NCBI GenBank assembly: GCA_964057225.1 | Contig: OZ059894.1 | Coordinates: 12,710,001-12,774,000, forward strand | Reading direction: 5' to 3' | DNA length: 64,000 bases | DNA from: Auanema rhodensis | Taxonomy: Eukaryota > Animalia > Nematoda | In this document: positions 31,301 to 46,300 of the stretch, one piece after another | How the letters are laid out: the number at the start of each line of letters is the position of its first letter | How positions within the stretch are numbered: position 1 is the first letter of the stretch | Notes under the pieces: generated by a model | The model's database searches: none | What the model saw: the letters and a program-made list of their open reading frames with translations, nothing else | What the model was told of the DNA's origin: nothing | Translations under genes and position numbers: made by a program

Positions 31301-34300
31301 TGAGTTTCAAAATATTCAAACTTTTTTTTTTCACTGTTTAAAATCTTAATGAACGAATGAATTGTTTCAAAACTATTGTAAAAATTTGAGATTGTTTCAA
31401 AATACGTGATTAAATGAAGAAAATGGAGTAAAATGAATTGGAAAATTATAAAATATTTTCATGTTTTATTTCTTGAGTATCAAAATATTTAAACTTTTTT
31501 TTTCACTGTTTAAAATCTTACAGAACGAATGAATTGTTTCAAAACTATTGTAAAAATTTGAGATTGTTTCAAAATACGTGATTAAATGAAGAAAATGGAG
31601 TAAAATGAATTGGAAAATTATAAAATATTTCCATGTTTTATTTTCTTAGTATCAGAAAATTCAAATTAAGATCGTTTTCAATGTTTCAAATCTTAATGAA
31701 CGAATTAATCGTTTCAAAACTATTGTAAAAATATGAGATTGTTTCAAAATACGTGATTAAATGAAGAAAATAGAGTAAAATGAATTGGAATATTATAAAA
31801 TATTTTCATGTTTTATTTCTTGAGTATCAAAAGATTCAAACTTTTTTTTTTCACTGTTTAAAATCTTAATGAACGAATGAATTGTTTCAAAACTATTGTA
31901 AAAATATGAGATTGTTTCAAAATACGTGATTAAATGAAGGAAATGGAGTAAAATGAATTGGAAAATTATAAAATATTTTCATGTTTTATTTCTTGAGTTT
32001 CAAAATATTCAAACTTTTTTTTTTCACTGTTTAAAATCTTAATGAACGAATGAATTGTTTCAAAACTATTGTAAAAATTTGAGATTGTTTCAAAATACGT
32101 GATTAAATGAAGAAAATGGAGTAAAATGAATTGGAAAATTATAAAATATTTCCATGTTTTATTTTTTTAGTATCAGAAAATTCAAATTAAGATCGTTTTT
32201 AATGTTTCAAATCTCAATGAACGAATGAATTGTTTCAAAACTATTGTAAAAATATGAGATTGTTTCAAAATACGTGATTAAATGAAGAAAATGGAGTAAA
32301 ATGAATTGGAAAATTATAAAATATTTCCATGTTTTATTTTTTTAGTATCAGAAAATTCAAATTAAGATCGTTTTTAATGTTTCAAATCTCAATGAACGAA
32401 TGAATTGTTTCAAAACTATTGTAAAAATATGAGATTGTTTCAAAATACGTGATTAAATGAAGAAAATGGAGTAAAATGAATTGGAAAATTATAAAATATT
32501 TTCATGTTTTATTTCTTGAGTTTCAAAATATTCAAACTTTTTTTTTTCACTGTTTAAAATCTTACAGAACGAATGAATTGTTTCAAAACTATTGTAAAAA
32601 TTTGAGATTGTTTCAAAATACGTGATTAAATGAAGAAAATGGAGTAAAATGAATTGGAAAATTATAAAATATTTCCATGTTTTATTTTCTTAGTATCAGA
32701 AAATTCGAATTAAGATCGTTTTCAATGTTTCAAATCTTAATGAACGAATTAATTGTTTCAAAACTATTGTAAAAATATGAGATTGTTTCAAAATACGTGA
32801 TTAAATGAAGAAAATGGAGTAAAATGAATTGGAAAATTATAAAATATTTCCATGTTTTATTTTTTTAGTATCAGAAAATTCAAATTAAGATCGTTTTTAA
32901 TGTTTCAAATCTCAATGAACGAATGAATTGTTTCAAAACTATTGTAAAAATATGAGATTGTTTCAAAATACGTGATTAAATGAAGAAAATGGAGTAAAAT
33001 GAATTGGAAAATTATAAAATATTTTCATGTTTTATTTCTTGAGTTTCAAAATATTCAAACTTTTTTTTTTCACTGTTTAAAATCTTAATGAACGAATGAA
33101 TTGTTTCAAAACTATTGTAAAAATATGAGATTGTTTCAAAATACGTGATTAAATGAAGGAAATGGAGTAAAATGAATTGGAAAATTATAAAATATTTTCA
33201 TGTTTTATTTCTTGAGTTTCAAAATATTCAAACTTTTTTTTTTCACTGTTTAAAATCTTAATGAACGAATGAATTGTTTCAAAACTATTGTAAAAATTTG
33301 AGATTGTTTCAAAATACGTGATTAAATGAAGAAAATGGAGTAAAATGAATTGGAAAATTATAAAATATTTCCATGTTTTATTTTTTTAGTATCAGAAAAT
33401 TCAAATTAAGATCGTTTTTAATGTTTCAAATCTCAATGAACGAATGAATTGTTTCAAAACTATTGTAAAAATATGAGATTGTTTCAAAATACGTGATTAA
33501 ATGAAGAAAATGGAGTAAAATGAATTGGAAAATTATAAAATATTTTCATGTTTTATTTCTTGAGTTTCAAAATATTCAAACTTTTTTTTTTCACTGTTTA
33601 AAATCTTAATGAACGAATGAATTGTTTCAAAACTATTGTAAAAATTTGAGATTGTTTCAAAATACGTGATTTAATGAAGAAAATAGAGTAAAATGAATTG
33701 GAAAATTATAAAATATTTTCATGTTTTATTTTTTTAGTATCAGAAAATTCAAATTAAGATCGTTTTTAATGTTTCAAATCTTAATGAACGAATGAATTGT
33801 TTCAAAACTATTGTAAAAATATGAGATTGTTTCAAAATACGTGATTAAATGAAGAAAATGGAGCAAAATGAATTGGAAAATTATAAAATATTTTCATGTT
33901 TTATTTCTTGAGTATCAAAATATTTAAATTTTTTTTTTTCACTGTTTAAAATCTTACAGAACGAATGAATTGTTTCAAAACTATTGTAAAAATTTGAGAT
34001 TGTTTCAAAATTTGTGATTAAATGAAGAAAATGGAGTAAAATGAATTGGAAAATTATAAAATATTTCCATGTTTTATTTTCTTAGTATCAGAAAATTCAA
34101 ATTAAGATCGTTTTTAATGTTTCAAATCTTAATGAACGAATGAATTGTTTCAAAACTATTGTAAAAATATGAGATTGTTTCAAAATACGTGATTAAATGA
34201 AGAAAATGGAGTAAAATGAATTGGAAAATTATAAAATATTTCCATGTTTTATTTTCTTAGTATCAGAAAATTCAAATTAAGATCGTTTTTAATGTTTCAA

Positions 34301-37300
34301 ATCTTAATGAACGAATGAATTGTTTCAAAACTATTGTAAAAATATGAGATTAATTCAAAATACGTGATTAAATGAAGAAAATGGAGTAAAATGAATTGGA
34401 AAATTATAAAATATTTTCATGTTTTATTTCTTGAGTTTCAAAATATTCAAACTTTTTTTTTTCACTGTTTAAAATTTTAATGAACGAATGAATTGTTTCA
34501 AAACTATTGTAAAAATATGAGATTGTTTCAAAATACGTGATTAAATGAAGAAAATGGAGTAAAATGAATTGGAAAATTATAAAATATTTTCATGTTTTAT
34601 TTCTTGAGTTTCAAAATATTCAAACTTTTTTTTTTCACTGTTTAAAATCTTAATTAACGAATGAATTGTTTCAAAACTATTGTAAAAATATGAGATTGTT
34701 TCAAAATACGTGATTAAATGAAGAAAATGGAGTAAAATGAATTGGAAAATTATAAAATATTTTCATTTTTTATTTCTTGAGTATCAAAATATTCAAAATT
34801 ATATCTTTTTTACTGTTAAAAACATTATTAACTGGATGATTTGTTTGGAAATTATTGTAAAAATATGAGATTGTTTCAAAATACGTGATTAAATGAAGAA
34901 AATGGAGCAAAATGAATTGGAAAATTATAAAATATTTTCATGTTTTATTTCTTGAGTATCAAAATATTTAAATTTTTTTTTTTCACTGTTTAAAATCTTA
35001 CAGAACGAATGAATTGTTTCAAAACTATTGTAAAAATTTGAGATTGTTTCAAAATTTGTGATTAAATGAAGAAAATGGAGTAAAATGAATTGGAAAATTA
35101 TAAAATATTTCCATGTTTTATTTTCTTAGTATCAGAAAATTCAAATTAAGATCGTTTTTAATGTTTCAAATCTTAATGAACGAATGAATTGTTTCAAAAC
35201 TATTGTAAAAATATGAGATTGTTTCAAAATACGTGATTAAATGAAGAAAATGGAGTAAAATGAATTGGAAAATTATAAAATATTTCCATGTTTTATTTTC
35301 TTAGTATCAGAAAATTCAAATTAAGATCGTTTTTAATGTTTCAAATCTTAATGAACGAATGAATTGTTTCAAAACTATTGTAAAAATATGAGATTAATTC
35401 AAAATACGTGATTAAATGAAGAAAATGGAGTAAAATGAATTGGAAAATTATAAAATATTTTCATGTTTTATTTCTTGAGTTTCAAAATATTCAAACTTTT
35501 TTTTTTCACTGTTTAAAATTTTAATGAACGAATGAATTGTTTCAAAACTATTGTAAAAATATGAGATTGTTTCAAAATACGTGATTAAATGAAGAAAATG
35601 GAGTAAAATGAATTGGAAAATTATAAAATATTTTCATGTTTTATTTCTTGAGTTTCAAAATATTCAAACTTTTTTTTTTCACTGTTTAAAATCTTAATTA
35701 ACGAATGAATTGTTTCAAAACTATTGTAAAAATATGAGATTGTTTCAAAATACGTGATTAAATGAAGAAAATGGAGTAAAATGAATTGGAAAATTATAAA
35801 ATATTTCCATGTTTTATTTTTTTAGTATCAGAAAATTCAAATTAAGATCGTTTTTAATGTTTCAAATCTCAATGAACGAATGAATTGTTTCAAAACTATT
35901 GTAAAAATATGAGATTGTTTCAAAATACGTGATTAAATGAAGAAAATGGAGCAAAATGAATTGGAAAATTATAAAATATTTTCATGTTTTATTTCTTGAG
36001 TATCAAAATATTTAAACTTTTTTTTTTCACTGTTTAAAATCTTAATGAACGAATGAATTGTTTCAAAACTATTGTAAAAATATGAGATTGTTTCAAAATA
36101 CGTGATTAAATGAAGAAAATGGAGTAAAATGAATTGGAAAATTATAAAATATTTTCATGTTTTATTTCTTGAGTTTCAAAATATTCAAACTTTTTTTTTT
36201 CACTGTTTAAAATCTTACAGAACGAATGAATTGTTTCAAAACTATTGTAAAAATTTGAGATTGTTTCAAAATACGTGATTAAATGAAGAAAATGGAGTAA
36301 AATGAATTGGAAAATTATAAAATATTTCCATGTTTTATTTTCTTAGTATCAGAAAATTCGAATTAAGATCGTTTTCAATGTTTCAAATCTTAATGAACGA
36401 ATTAATTGTTTCAAAACTATTGTAAAAATATGAGATTGTTTCAAAATACGTGATTAAATGAAGAAAATGGAGTAAAATGAATTGGAAAATTATAAAATAT
36501 TTCCATGTTTTATTTTTTTAGTATCAGAAAATTCAAATTAAGATCGTTTTTAATGTTTCAAATCTCAATGAACGAATGAATTGTTTCAAAACTATTGTAA
36601 AAATATGAGATTGTTTCAAAATACGTGATTAAATGAAGAAAATGGAGTAAAATGAATTGGAAAATTATAAAATATTTTCATGTTTTATTTCTTGAGTTTC
36701 AAAATATTCAAATTTTTTTTTTTCACTGTTTAAAATCTTAATGAACGAATGAATTGTTTCAAAACTATTGTAAAAATATGAGATTGTTTCAAAATACGTG
36801 ATTAAATGAAGAAAATGGAGTAAAATGAATTGGAAAATTATAAAATATTTCCATGTTTTATTTTCTTAGTATCAGAAAATTCAAATTAAGATCGTTTTCA
36901 ATGTTTCAAATCTTAATGAACGAATTAATCGTTTCAAAACTATTGTAAAAATATGAGATTGTTTCAAAATACGTGATTAAATGAAGAAAATAGAGTAAAA
37001 TGAATTGGAATATTATAAAATATTTTCATGTTTTATTTCTTGAGTATCAAAATATTCAAACTTTTTTTTTTCACTGTTTAAAATCTTAATGAACGAATGA
37101 ATTGTTTCAAAACTATTGTAAAAATATGAGATTGTTTCAAAATACGTGATTAAATGAAGGAAATGGAGTAAAATGAATTGGAAAATTATAAAATATTTTC
37201 ATGTTTTATTTCTTGAGTTTCAAAATATTCAAACTTTTTTTTTTCACTGTTTAAAATCTTAATGAACGAATGAATTGTTTCAAAACTATTGTAAAAATTT

Positions 37301-40300
37301 GAGATTGTTTCAAAATACGTGATTAAATGAAGAAAATGGAGTAAAATGAATTGGAAAATTATAAAATATTTCCATGTTTTATTTTTTTAGTATCAGAAAA
37401 TTCAAATTAAGATCGTTTTTAATGTTTCAAATCTCAATGAACGAATGAATTGTTTCAAAACTATTGTAAAAATATGAGATTGTTTCAAAATACGTGATTA
37501 AATGAAGAAAATGGAGTAAAATGAATTGGAAAATTATAAAATATTTTCATGTTTTATTTCTTGAGTTTCAAAATATTCAAACTTTTTTTTTTCACTGTTT
37601 AAAATCTTAATGAACGAATGAATTGTTTCAAAACTATTGTAAAAATATGAGATTGTTTCAAAATACGTGATTAAATGAAGAAAATGGAGTAAAATGAATT
37701 GGAAAATTATAAAATATTTTCATGTTTTATTTCTTGAGTTTCAAAATATTCAAACTTTTTTTTTTCACTGTTTAAAATCTTAATTAACGAATGAATTGTT
37801 TCAAAACTATTGTAAAAATATGAGATTGTTTCAAAATACGTGATTAAATGAAGAAAATGGAGTAAAATGAATTGGAAAATTATAAAATATTTCCATGTTT
37901 TATTTTTTTAGTATCAGAAAATTCAAATTAAGATCGTTTTTAATGTTTCAAATCTCAATGAACGAATGAATTGTTTCAAAACTATTGTAAAAATATGAGA
38001 TTGTTTCAAAATACGTGATTAAATGAAGAAAATGGAGCAAAATGAATTGGAAAATTATAAAATATTTTCATGTTTTATTTCTTGAGTATCAAAATATTTA
38101 AACTTTTTTTTTTCACTGTTTAAAATCTTAATGAACGAATGAATTGTTTCAAAACTATTGTAAAAATATGAGATTGTTTCAAAATACGTGATTAAATGAA
38201 GAAAATGGAGTAAAATGAATTGGAAAATTATAAAATATTTTCATGTTTTATTTCTTGAGTTTCAAAATATTCAAACTTTTTTTTTTCACTGTTTAAAATC
38301 TTACAGAACGAATGAATTGTTTCAAAACTATTGTAAAAATTTGAGATTGTTTCAAAATACGTGATTAAATGAAGAAAATGGAGTAAAATGAATTGGAAAA
38401 TTATAAAATATTTCCATGTTTTATTTTTTTAGTATCAGAAAATTCAAATTAAGATCGTTTTTAATGTTTCAAATCTCAATGAACGAATGAATTGTTTCAA
38501 AACTATTGTAAAAATATGAGATTGTTTCAAAATACGTGATTAAATGAAGAAAATGGAGCAAAATGAATTGGAAAATTATAAAATATTTTCATGTTTTATT
38601 TCTTGAGTATCAAAATATTTAAACTTTTTTTTTTCACTGTTTAAAATCTTAATGAACGAATGAATTGTTTCAAAACTATTGTAAAAATATGAGATTGTTT
38701 CAAAATACGTGATTAAATGAAGAAAATGGAGTAAAATGAATTGGAAAATTATAAAATATTTTCATGTTTTATTTCTTGAGTTTCAAAATATTCAAACTTT
38801 TTTTTTTCACTGTTTAAAATCTTACAGAACGAATGAATTGTTTCAAAACTATTGTAAAAATTTGAGATTGTTTCAAAATACGTGATTAAATGAAGAAAAT
38901 GGAGTAAAATGAATTGGAAAATTATAAAATATTTCCATGTTTTATTTTCTTAGTATCAGAAAATTCGAATTAAGATCGTTTTCAATGTTTCAAATCTTAA
39001 TGAACGAATTAATTGTTTCAAAACTATTGTAAAAATATGAGATTGTTTCAAAATACGTGATTAAATGAAGAAAATGGAGTAAAATGAATTGGAAAATTAT
39101 AAAATATTTCCATGTTTTATTTTCTTAGTATCAGAAAATTCAAATTAAGATCGTTTTCAATGTTTCAAATCTTAATGAACGAATTAATCGTTTCAAAACT
39201 ATTGTAAAAATATGAGATTGTTTCAAAATACGTGATTAAATGAAGAAAATGGAGTAAAATGAATTGGAAAATTATAAAATATTTCCATGTTTTATTTTCT
39301 TAGTATCAGAAAATTCAAATTAAGATCGTTTTCAATGTTTCAAATCTTAATGAACGAATTAATCGTTTCAAAACTATTGTAAAAATATGAGATTGTTTCA
39401 AAATACGTGATTTAATGAAGAAAATAGAGTAAAATGAATTGGAAAATTATAAAATATTTTCATGTTTTATTTTTTTAGTATCAGAAAATTCAAATTAAGA
39501 TCGTTTTTAATGTTTCAAATCTTAATGAACGAATGAATTGTTTCAAAACTATTGTAAAAATATGAGATTGTTTCAAAATACGTGATTAAATGAAGAAAAT
39601 GGAGTAAAATGAATTGGAAAATTATAAAATATTTTCATTTTTTATTTCTTGAGTATCAAAATATTCAAAATTATATCTTTTTTACTGTTAAAAACATTAT
39701 TAACTGGATGATTTGTTTGGAAATTATTGTAAAAATATGAGATTGTTTCAAAATACGTGATTAAATGAAGAAAATGGAGCAAAATGAATTGGAAAATTAT
39801 AAAATATTTTCATGTTTTATTTCTTGAGTATCAAAACATTTAAACTTTTTTTTTTCACTGTTTAAAATCTTACAGAACGAATGAATTGTTTCAAAACTAT
39901 TGTAAAAATTTGAGATTGTTTCAAAATTTGTGATTAAATGAAGAAAATGGAGTAAAATGAATTGGAAAATTATAAAATATTTCCATGTTTTATTTTCTTA
40001 GTATCAGAAAATTCAAATTAAGATCGTTTTTAATGTTTCAAATCTTAATGAACGAATGAATTGTTTCAAAACTATTGTAAAAATATGAGATTGTTTCAAA
40101 ATACGTGATTAAATGAAGAAAATGGAGTAAAATGAATTGGAAAATTATAAAATATTTCCATGTTTTATTTTCTTAGTATCAGAAAATTCAAATTAAGATC
40201 GTTTTTAATGTTTCAAATCTTAATGAACGAATGAATTGTTTCAAAACTATTGTAAAAATATGAGATTAATTCAAAATACGTGATTAAATGAAGAAAATGG

Positions 40301-43300
40301 AGTAAAATGAATTGGAAAATTATAAAATATTTTCATGTTTTATTTCTTGAGTTTCAAAATATTCAAACTTTTTTTTTTCACTGTTTAAAATTTTAATGAA
40401 CGAATGAATTGTTTCAAAACTATTGTAAAAATATGAGATTGTTTCAAAATACGTGATTAAATGAAGAAAATGGAGTAAAATGAATTGGAAAATTATAAAA
40501 TATTTTCATGTTTTATTTCTTGAGTTTCAAAATATTCAAACTTTTTTTTTTCACTGTTTAAAATCTTAATTAACGAATGAATTGTTTCAAAACTATTGTA
40601 AAAATATGAGATTGTTTCAAAATACGTGATTAAATGAAGAAAATGGAGTAAAATGAATTGGAAAATTATAAAATATTTCCATGTTTTATTTTTTTAGTAT
40701 CAGAAAATTCAAATTAAGATCGTTTTTAATGTTTCAAATCTCAATGAACGAATGAATTGTTTCAAAACTATTGTAAAAATATGAGATTGTTTCAAAATAC
40801 GTGATTAAATGAAGAAAATGGAGCAAAATGAATTGGAAAATTATAAAATATTTTCATGTTTTATTTCTTGAGTATCAAAATATTTAAACTTTTTTTTTTC
40901 ACTGTTTAAAATCTTAATGAACGAATGAATTGTTTCAAAACTATTGTAAAAATATGAGATTGTTTCAAAATACGTGATTAAATGAAGAAAATGGAGTAAA
41001 ATGAATTGGAAAATTATAAAATATTTTCATGTTTTATTTCTTGAGTTTCAAAATATTCAAACTTTTTTTTTTCACTGTTTAAAATCTTACAGAACGAATG
41101 AATTGTTTCAAAACTATTGTAAAAATTTGAGATTGTTTCAAAATACGTGATTAAATGAAGAAAATGGAGTAAAATGAATTGGAAAATTATAAAATATTTC
41201 CATGTTTTATTTTTTTAGTATCAGAAAATTCAAATTAAGATCGTTTTTAATGTTTCAAATCTCAATGAACGAATGAATTGTTTCAAAACTATTGTAAAAA
41301 TATGAGATTGTTTCAAAATACGTGATTAAATGAAGAAAATGGAGCAAAATGAATTGGAAAATTATAAAATATTTTCATGTTTTATTTCTTGAGTATCAAA
41401 ATATTTAAACTTTTTTTTTTCACTGTTTAAAATCTTAATGAACGAATGAATTGTTTCAAAACTATTGTAAAAATATGAGATTGTTTCAAAATACGTGATT
41501 AAATGAAGAAAATGGAGTAAAATGAATTGGAAAATTATAAAATATTTTCATGTTTTATTTCTTGAGTTTCAAAATATTCAAACTTTTTTTTTTCACTGTT
41601 TAAAATCTTACAGAACGAATGAATTGTTTCAAAACTATTGTAAAAATTTGAGATTGTTTCAAAATACGTGATTAAATGAAGAAAATGGAGTAAAATGAAT
41701 TGGAAAATTATAAAATATTTCCATGTTTTATTTTCTTAGTATCAGAAAATTCGAATTAAGATCGTTTTCAATGTTTCAAATCTTAATGAACGAATTAATT
41801 GTTTCAAAACTATTGTAAAAATATGAGATTGTTTCAAAATACGTGATTAAATGAAGAAAATGGAGTAAAATGAATTGGAAAATTATAAAATATTTCCATG
41901 TTTTATTTTCTTAGTATCAGAAAATTCAAATTAAGATCGTTTTCAATGTTTCAAATCTTAATGAACGAATTAATCGTTTCAAAACTATTGTAAAAATATG
42001 AGATTGTTTCAAAATACGTGATTAAATGAAGAAAATGGAGTAAAATGAATTGGAAAATTATAAAATATTTCCATGTTTTATTTTCTTAGTATCAGAAAAT
42101 TCAAATTAAGATCGTTTTCAATGTTTCAAATCTTAATGAACGAATTAATCGTTTCAAAACTATTGTAAAAATATGAGATTGTTTCAAAATACGTGATTTA
42201 ATGAAGAAAATAGAGTAAAATGAATTGGAAAATTATAAAATATTTTCATGTTTTATTTTTTTAGTATCAGAAAATTCAAATTAAGATCGTTTTTAATGTT
42301 TCAAATCTTAATGAACGAATGAATTGTTTCAAAACTATTGTAAAAATATGAGATTGTTTCAAAATACGTGATTAAATGAAGAAAATGGAGTAAAATGAAT
42401 TGGAAAATTATAAAATATTTCCATGTTTTATTTTTTTAGTATCAGAAAATTCAAATTAAGATCGTTTTTAATGTTTCAAATCTCAATGAACGAATGAATT
42501 GTTTCAAAACTATTGTAAAAATATGAGATTGTTTCAAAATACGTGATTAAATGAAGAAAATGGAGCAAAATGAATTGGAAAATTATAAAATATTTTCATG
42601 TTTTATTTCTTGAGTATCAAAATATTTAAACTTTTTTTTTTCACTGTTTAAAATCTTAATGAACGAATGAATTGTTTCAAAACTATTGTAAAAATATGAG
42701 ATTGTTTCAAAATACGTGATTAAATGAAGAAAATGGAGTAAAATGAATTGGAAAATTATAAAATATTTTCATGTTTTATTTCTTGAGTTTCAAAATATTC
42801 AAACTTTTTTTTTTCACTGTTTAAAATCTTACAGAACGAATGAATTGTTTCAAAACTATTGTAAAAATTTGAGATTGTTTCAAAATACGTGATTAAATGA
42901 AGAAAATGGAGTAAAATGAATTGGAAAATTATAAAATATTTCCATGTTTTATTTTCTTAGTATCAGAAAATTCGAATTAAGATCGTTTTCAATGTTTCAA
43001 ATCTTAATGAACGAATTAATTGTTTCAAAACTATTGTAAAAATATGAGATTGTTTCAAAATACGTGATTAAATGAAGAAAATGGAGTAAAATGAATTGGA
43101 AAATTATAAAATATTTCCATGTTTTATTTTTTTAGTATCAGAAAATTCAAATTAAGATCGTTTTTAATGTTTCAAATCTCAATGAACGAATGAATTGTTT
43201 CAAAACTATTGTAAAAATATGAGATTGTTTCAAAATACGTGATTAAATGAAGAAAATGGAGTAAAATGAATTGGAAAATTATAAAATATTTTCATGTTTT

Positions 43301-46300
43301 ATTTCTTGAGTTTCAAAATATTCAAATTTTTTTTTTTCACTGTTTAAAATCTTAATGAACGAATGAATTGTTTCAAAACTATTGTAAAAATATGAGATTG
43401 TTTCAAAATACGTGATTAAATGAAGAAAATGGAGTAAAATGAATTGGAAAATTATAAAATATTTCCATGTTTTATTTTCTTAGTATCAGAAAATTCAAAT
43501 TAAGATCGTTTTCAATGTTTCAAATCTTAATGAACGAATTAATCGTTTCAAAACTATTGTAAAAATATGAGATTGTTTCAAAATACGTGATTAAATGAAG
43601 AAAATAGAGTAAAATGAATTGGAATATTATAAAATATTTTCATGTTTTATTTCTTGAGTATCAAAATATTCAAACTTTTTTTTTTCACTGTTTAAAATCT
43701 TAATGAACGAATGAATTGTTTCAAAACTATTGTAAAAATATGCGATTGTTTCAAAATACGTGATTAAATGAAGGAAATGGAGTAAAATGAATTGGAAAAT
43801 TATAAAATATTTTCATGTTTTATTTCTTGAGTTTCAAAATATTCAAACTTTTTTTTTTCACTGTTTAAAATCTTAATGAACGAATGAATTGTTTCAAAAC
43901 TATTGTAAAAATATGAGATTGTTTCAAAATACGTGATTAAATGAAGAAAATGGAGTAAAATGAATTGGAAAATTATAAAATATTTTCATGTTTTATTTCT
44001 TGAGTTTCAAAATATTCAAACTTTTTTTTTTCACTGTTTAAAATCTTAATTAACGAATGAATTGTTTCAAAACTATTGTAAAAATATGAGATTGTTTCAA
44101 AATACGTGATTAAATGAAGAAAATGGAGTAAAATGAATTGGAAAATTATAAAATATTTCCATGTTTTATTTTTTTAGTATCAGAAAATTCAAATTAAGAT
44201 CGTTTTTAATGTTTCAAATCTCAATGAACGAATGAATTGTTTCAAAACTATTGTAAAAATATGAGATTGTTTCAAAATACGTGATTAAATGAAGAAAATG
44301 GAGCAAAATGAATTGGAAAATTATAAAATATTTTCATGTTTTATTTCTTGAGTATCAAAATATTTAAACTTTTTTTTTTCACTGTTTAAAATCTTAATGA
44401 ACGAATGAATTGTTTCAAAACTATTGTAAAAATATGAGATTGTTTCAAAATACGTGATTAAATGAAGAAAATGGAGTAAAATGAATTGGAAAATTATAAA
44501 ATATTTTCATGTTTTATTTCTTGAGTTTCAAAATATTCAAACTTTTTTTTTTCACTGTTTAAAATCTTACAGAACGAATGAATTGTTTCAAAACTATTGT
44601 AAAAATTTGAGATTGTTTCAAAATACGTGATTAAATGAAGAAAATGGAGTAAAATGAATTGGAAAATTATAAAATATTTCCATGTTTTATTTTTTTAGTA
44701 TCAGAAAATTCAAATTAAGATCGTTTTTAATGTTTCAAATCTCAATGAACGAATGAATTGTTTCAAAACTATTGTAAAAATATGAGATTGTTTCAAAATA
44801 CGTGATTAAATGAAGAAAATGGAGCAAAATGAATTGGAAAATTATAAAATATTTTCATGTTTTATTTCTTGAGTATCAAAATATTTAAACTTTTTTTTTT
44901 CACTGTTTAAAATCTTAATGAACGAATGAATTGTTTCAAAACTATTGTAAAAATATGAGATTGTTTCAAAATACGTGATTAAATGAAGAAAATGGAGTAA
45001 AATGAATTGGAAAATTATAAAATATTTTCATGTTTTATTTCTTGAGTTTCAAAATATTCAAACTTTTTTTTTTCACTGTTTAAAATCTTACAGAACGAAT
45101 GAATTGTTTCAAAACTATTGTAAAAATTTGAGATTGTTTCAAAATACGTGATTAAATGAAGAAAATGGAGTAAAATGAATTGGAAAATTATAAAATATTT
45201 CCATGTTTTATTTTCTTAGTATCAGAAAATTCGAATTAAGATCGTTTTCAATGTTTCAAATCTTAATGAACGAATTAATTGTTTCAAAACTATTGTAAAA
45301 ATATGAGATTGTTTCAAAATACGTGATTAAATGAAGAAAATGGAGTAAAATGAATTGGAAAATTATAAAATATTTCCATGTTTTATTTTCTTAGTATCAG
45401 AAAATTCAAATTAAGATCGTTTTCAATGTTTCAAATCTTAATGAACGAATTAATCGTTTCAAAACTATTGTAAAAATATGAGATTGTTTCAAAATACGTG
45501 ATTAAATGAAGAAAATGGAGTAAAATGAATTGGAAAATTATAAAATATTTCCATGTTTTATTTTCTTAGTATCAGAAAATTCAAATTAAGATCGTTTTCA
45601 ATGTTTCAAATCTTAATGAACGAATTAATCGTTTCAAAACTATTGTAAAAATATGAGATTGTTTCAAAATACGTGATTTAATGAAGAAAATAGAGTAAAA
45701 TGAATTGGAAAATTATAAAATATTTTCATGTTTTATTTTTTTAGTATCAGAAAATTCAAATTAAGATCGTTTTTAATGTTTCAAATCTTAATGAACGAAT
45801 GAATTGTTTCAAAACTATTGTAAAAATATGAGATTGTTTCAAAATACGTGATTAAATGAAGAAAATGGAGTAAAATGAATTGGAAAATTATAAAATATTT
45901 TCATTTTTTATTTCTTGAGTATCAAAATATTCAAAATTATATCTTTTTTACTGTTAAAAACATTATTAACTGGATGATTTGTTTGGAAATTATTGTAAAA
46001 ATATGAGATTGTTTCAAAATACGTGATTAAATGAAGAAAATGGAGCAAAATGAATTGGAAAATTATAAAATATTTTCATGTTTTATTTCTTGAGTATCAA
46101 AATATTTAAACTTTTTTTTTTCACTGTTTAAAATCTTACAGAACGAATGAATTGTTTCAAAACTATTGTAAAAATTTGAGATTGTTTCAAAATTTGTGAT
46201 TAAATGAAGAAAATGGAGTAAAATGAATTGGAAAATTATAAAATATTTCCATGTTTTATTTTCTTAGTATCAGAAAATTCAAATTAAGATCGTTTTTAAT

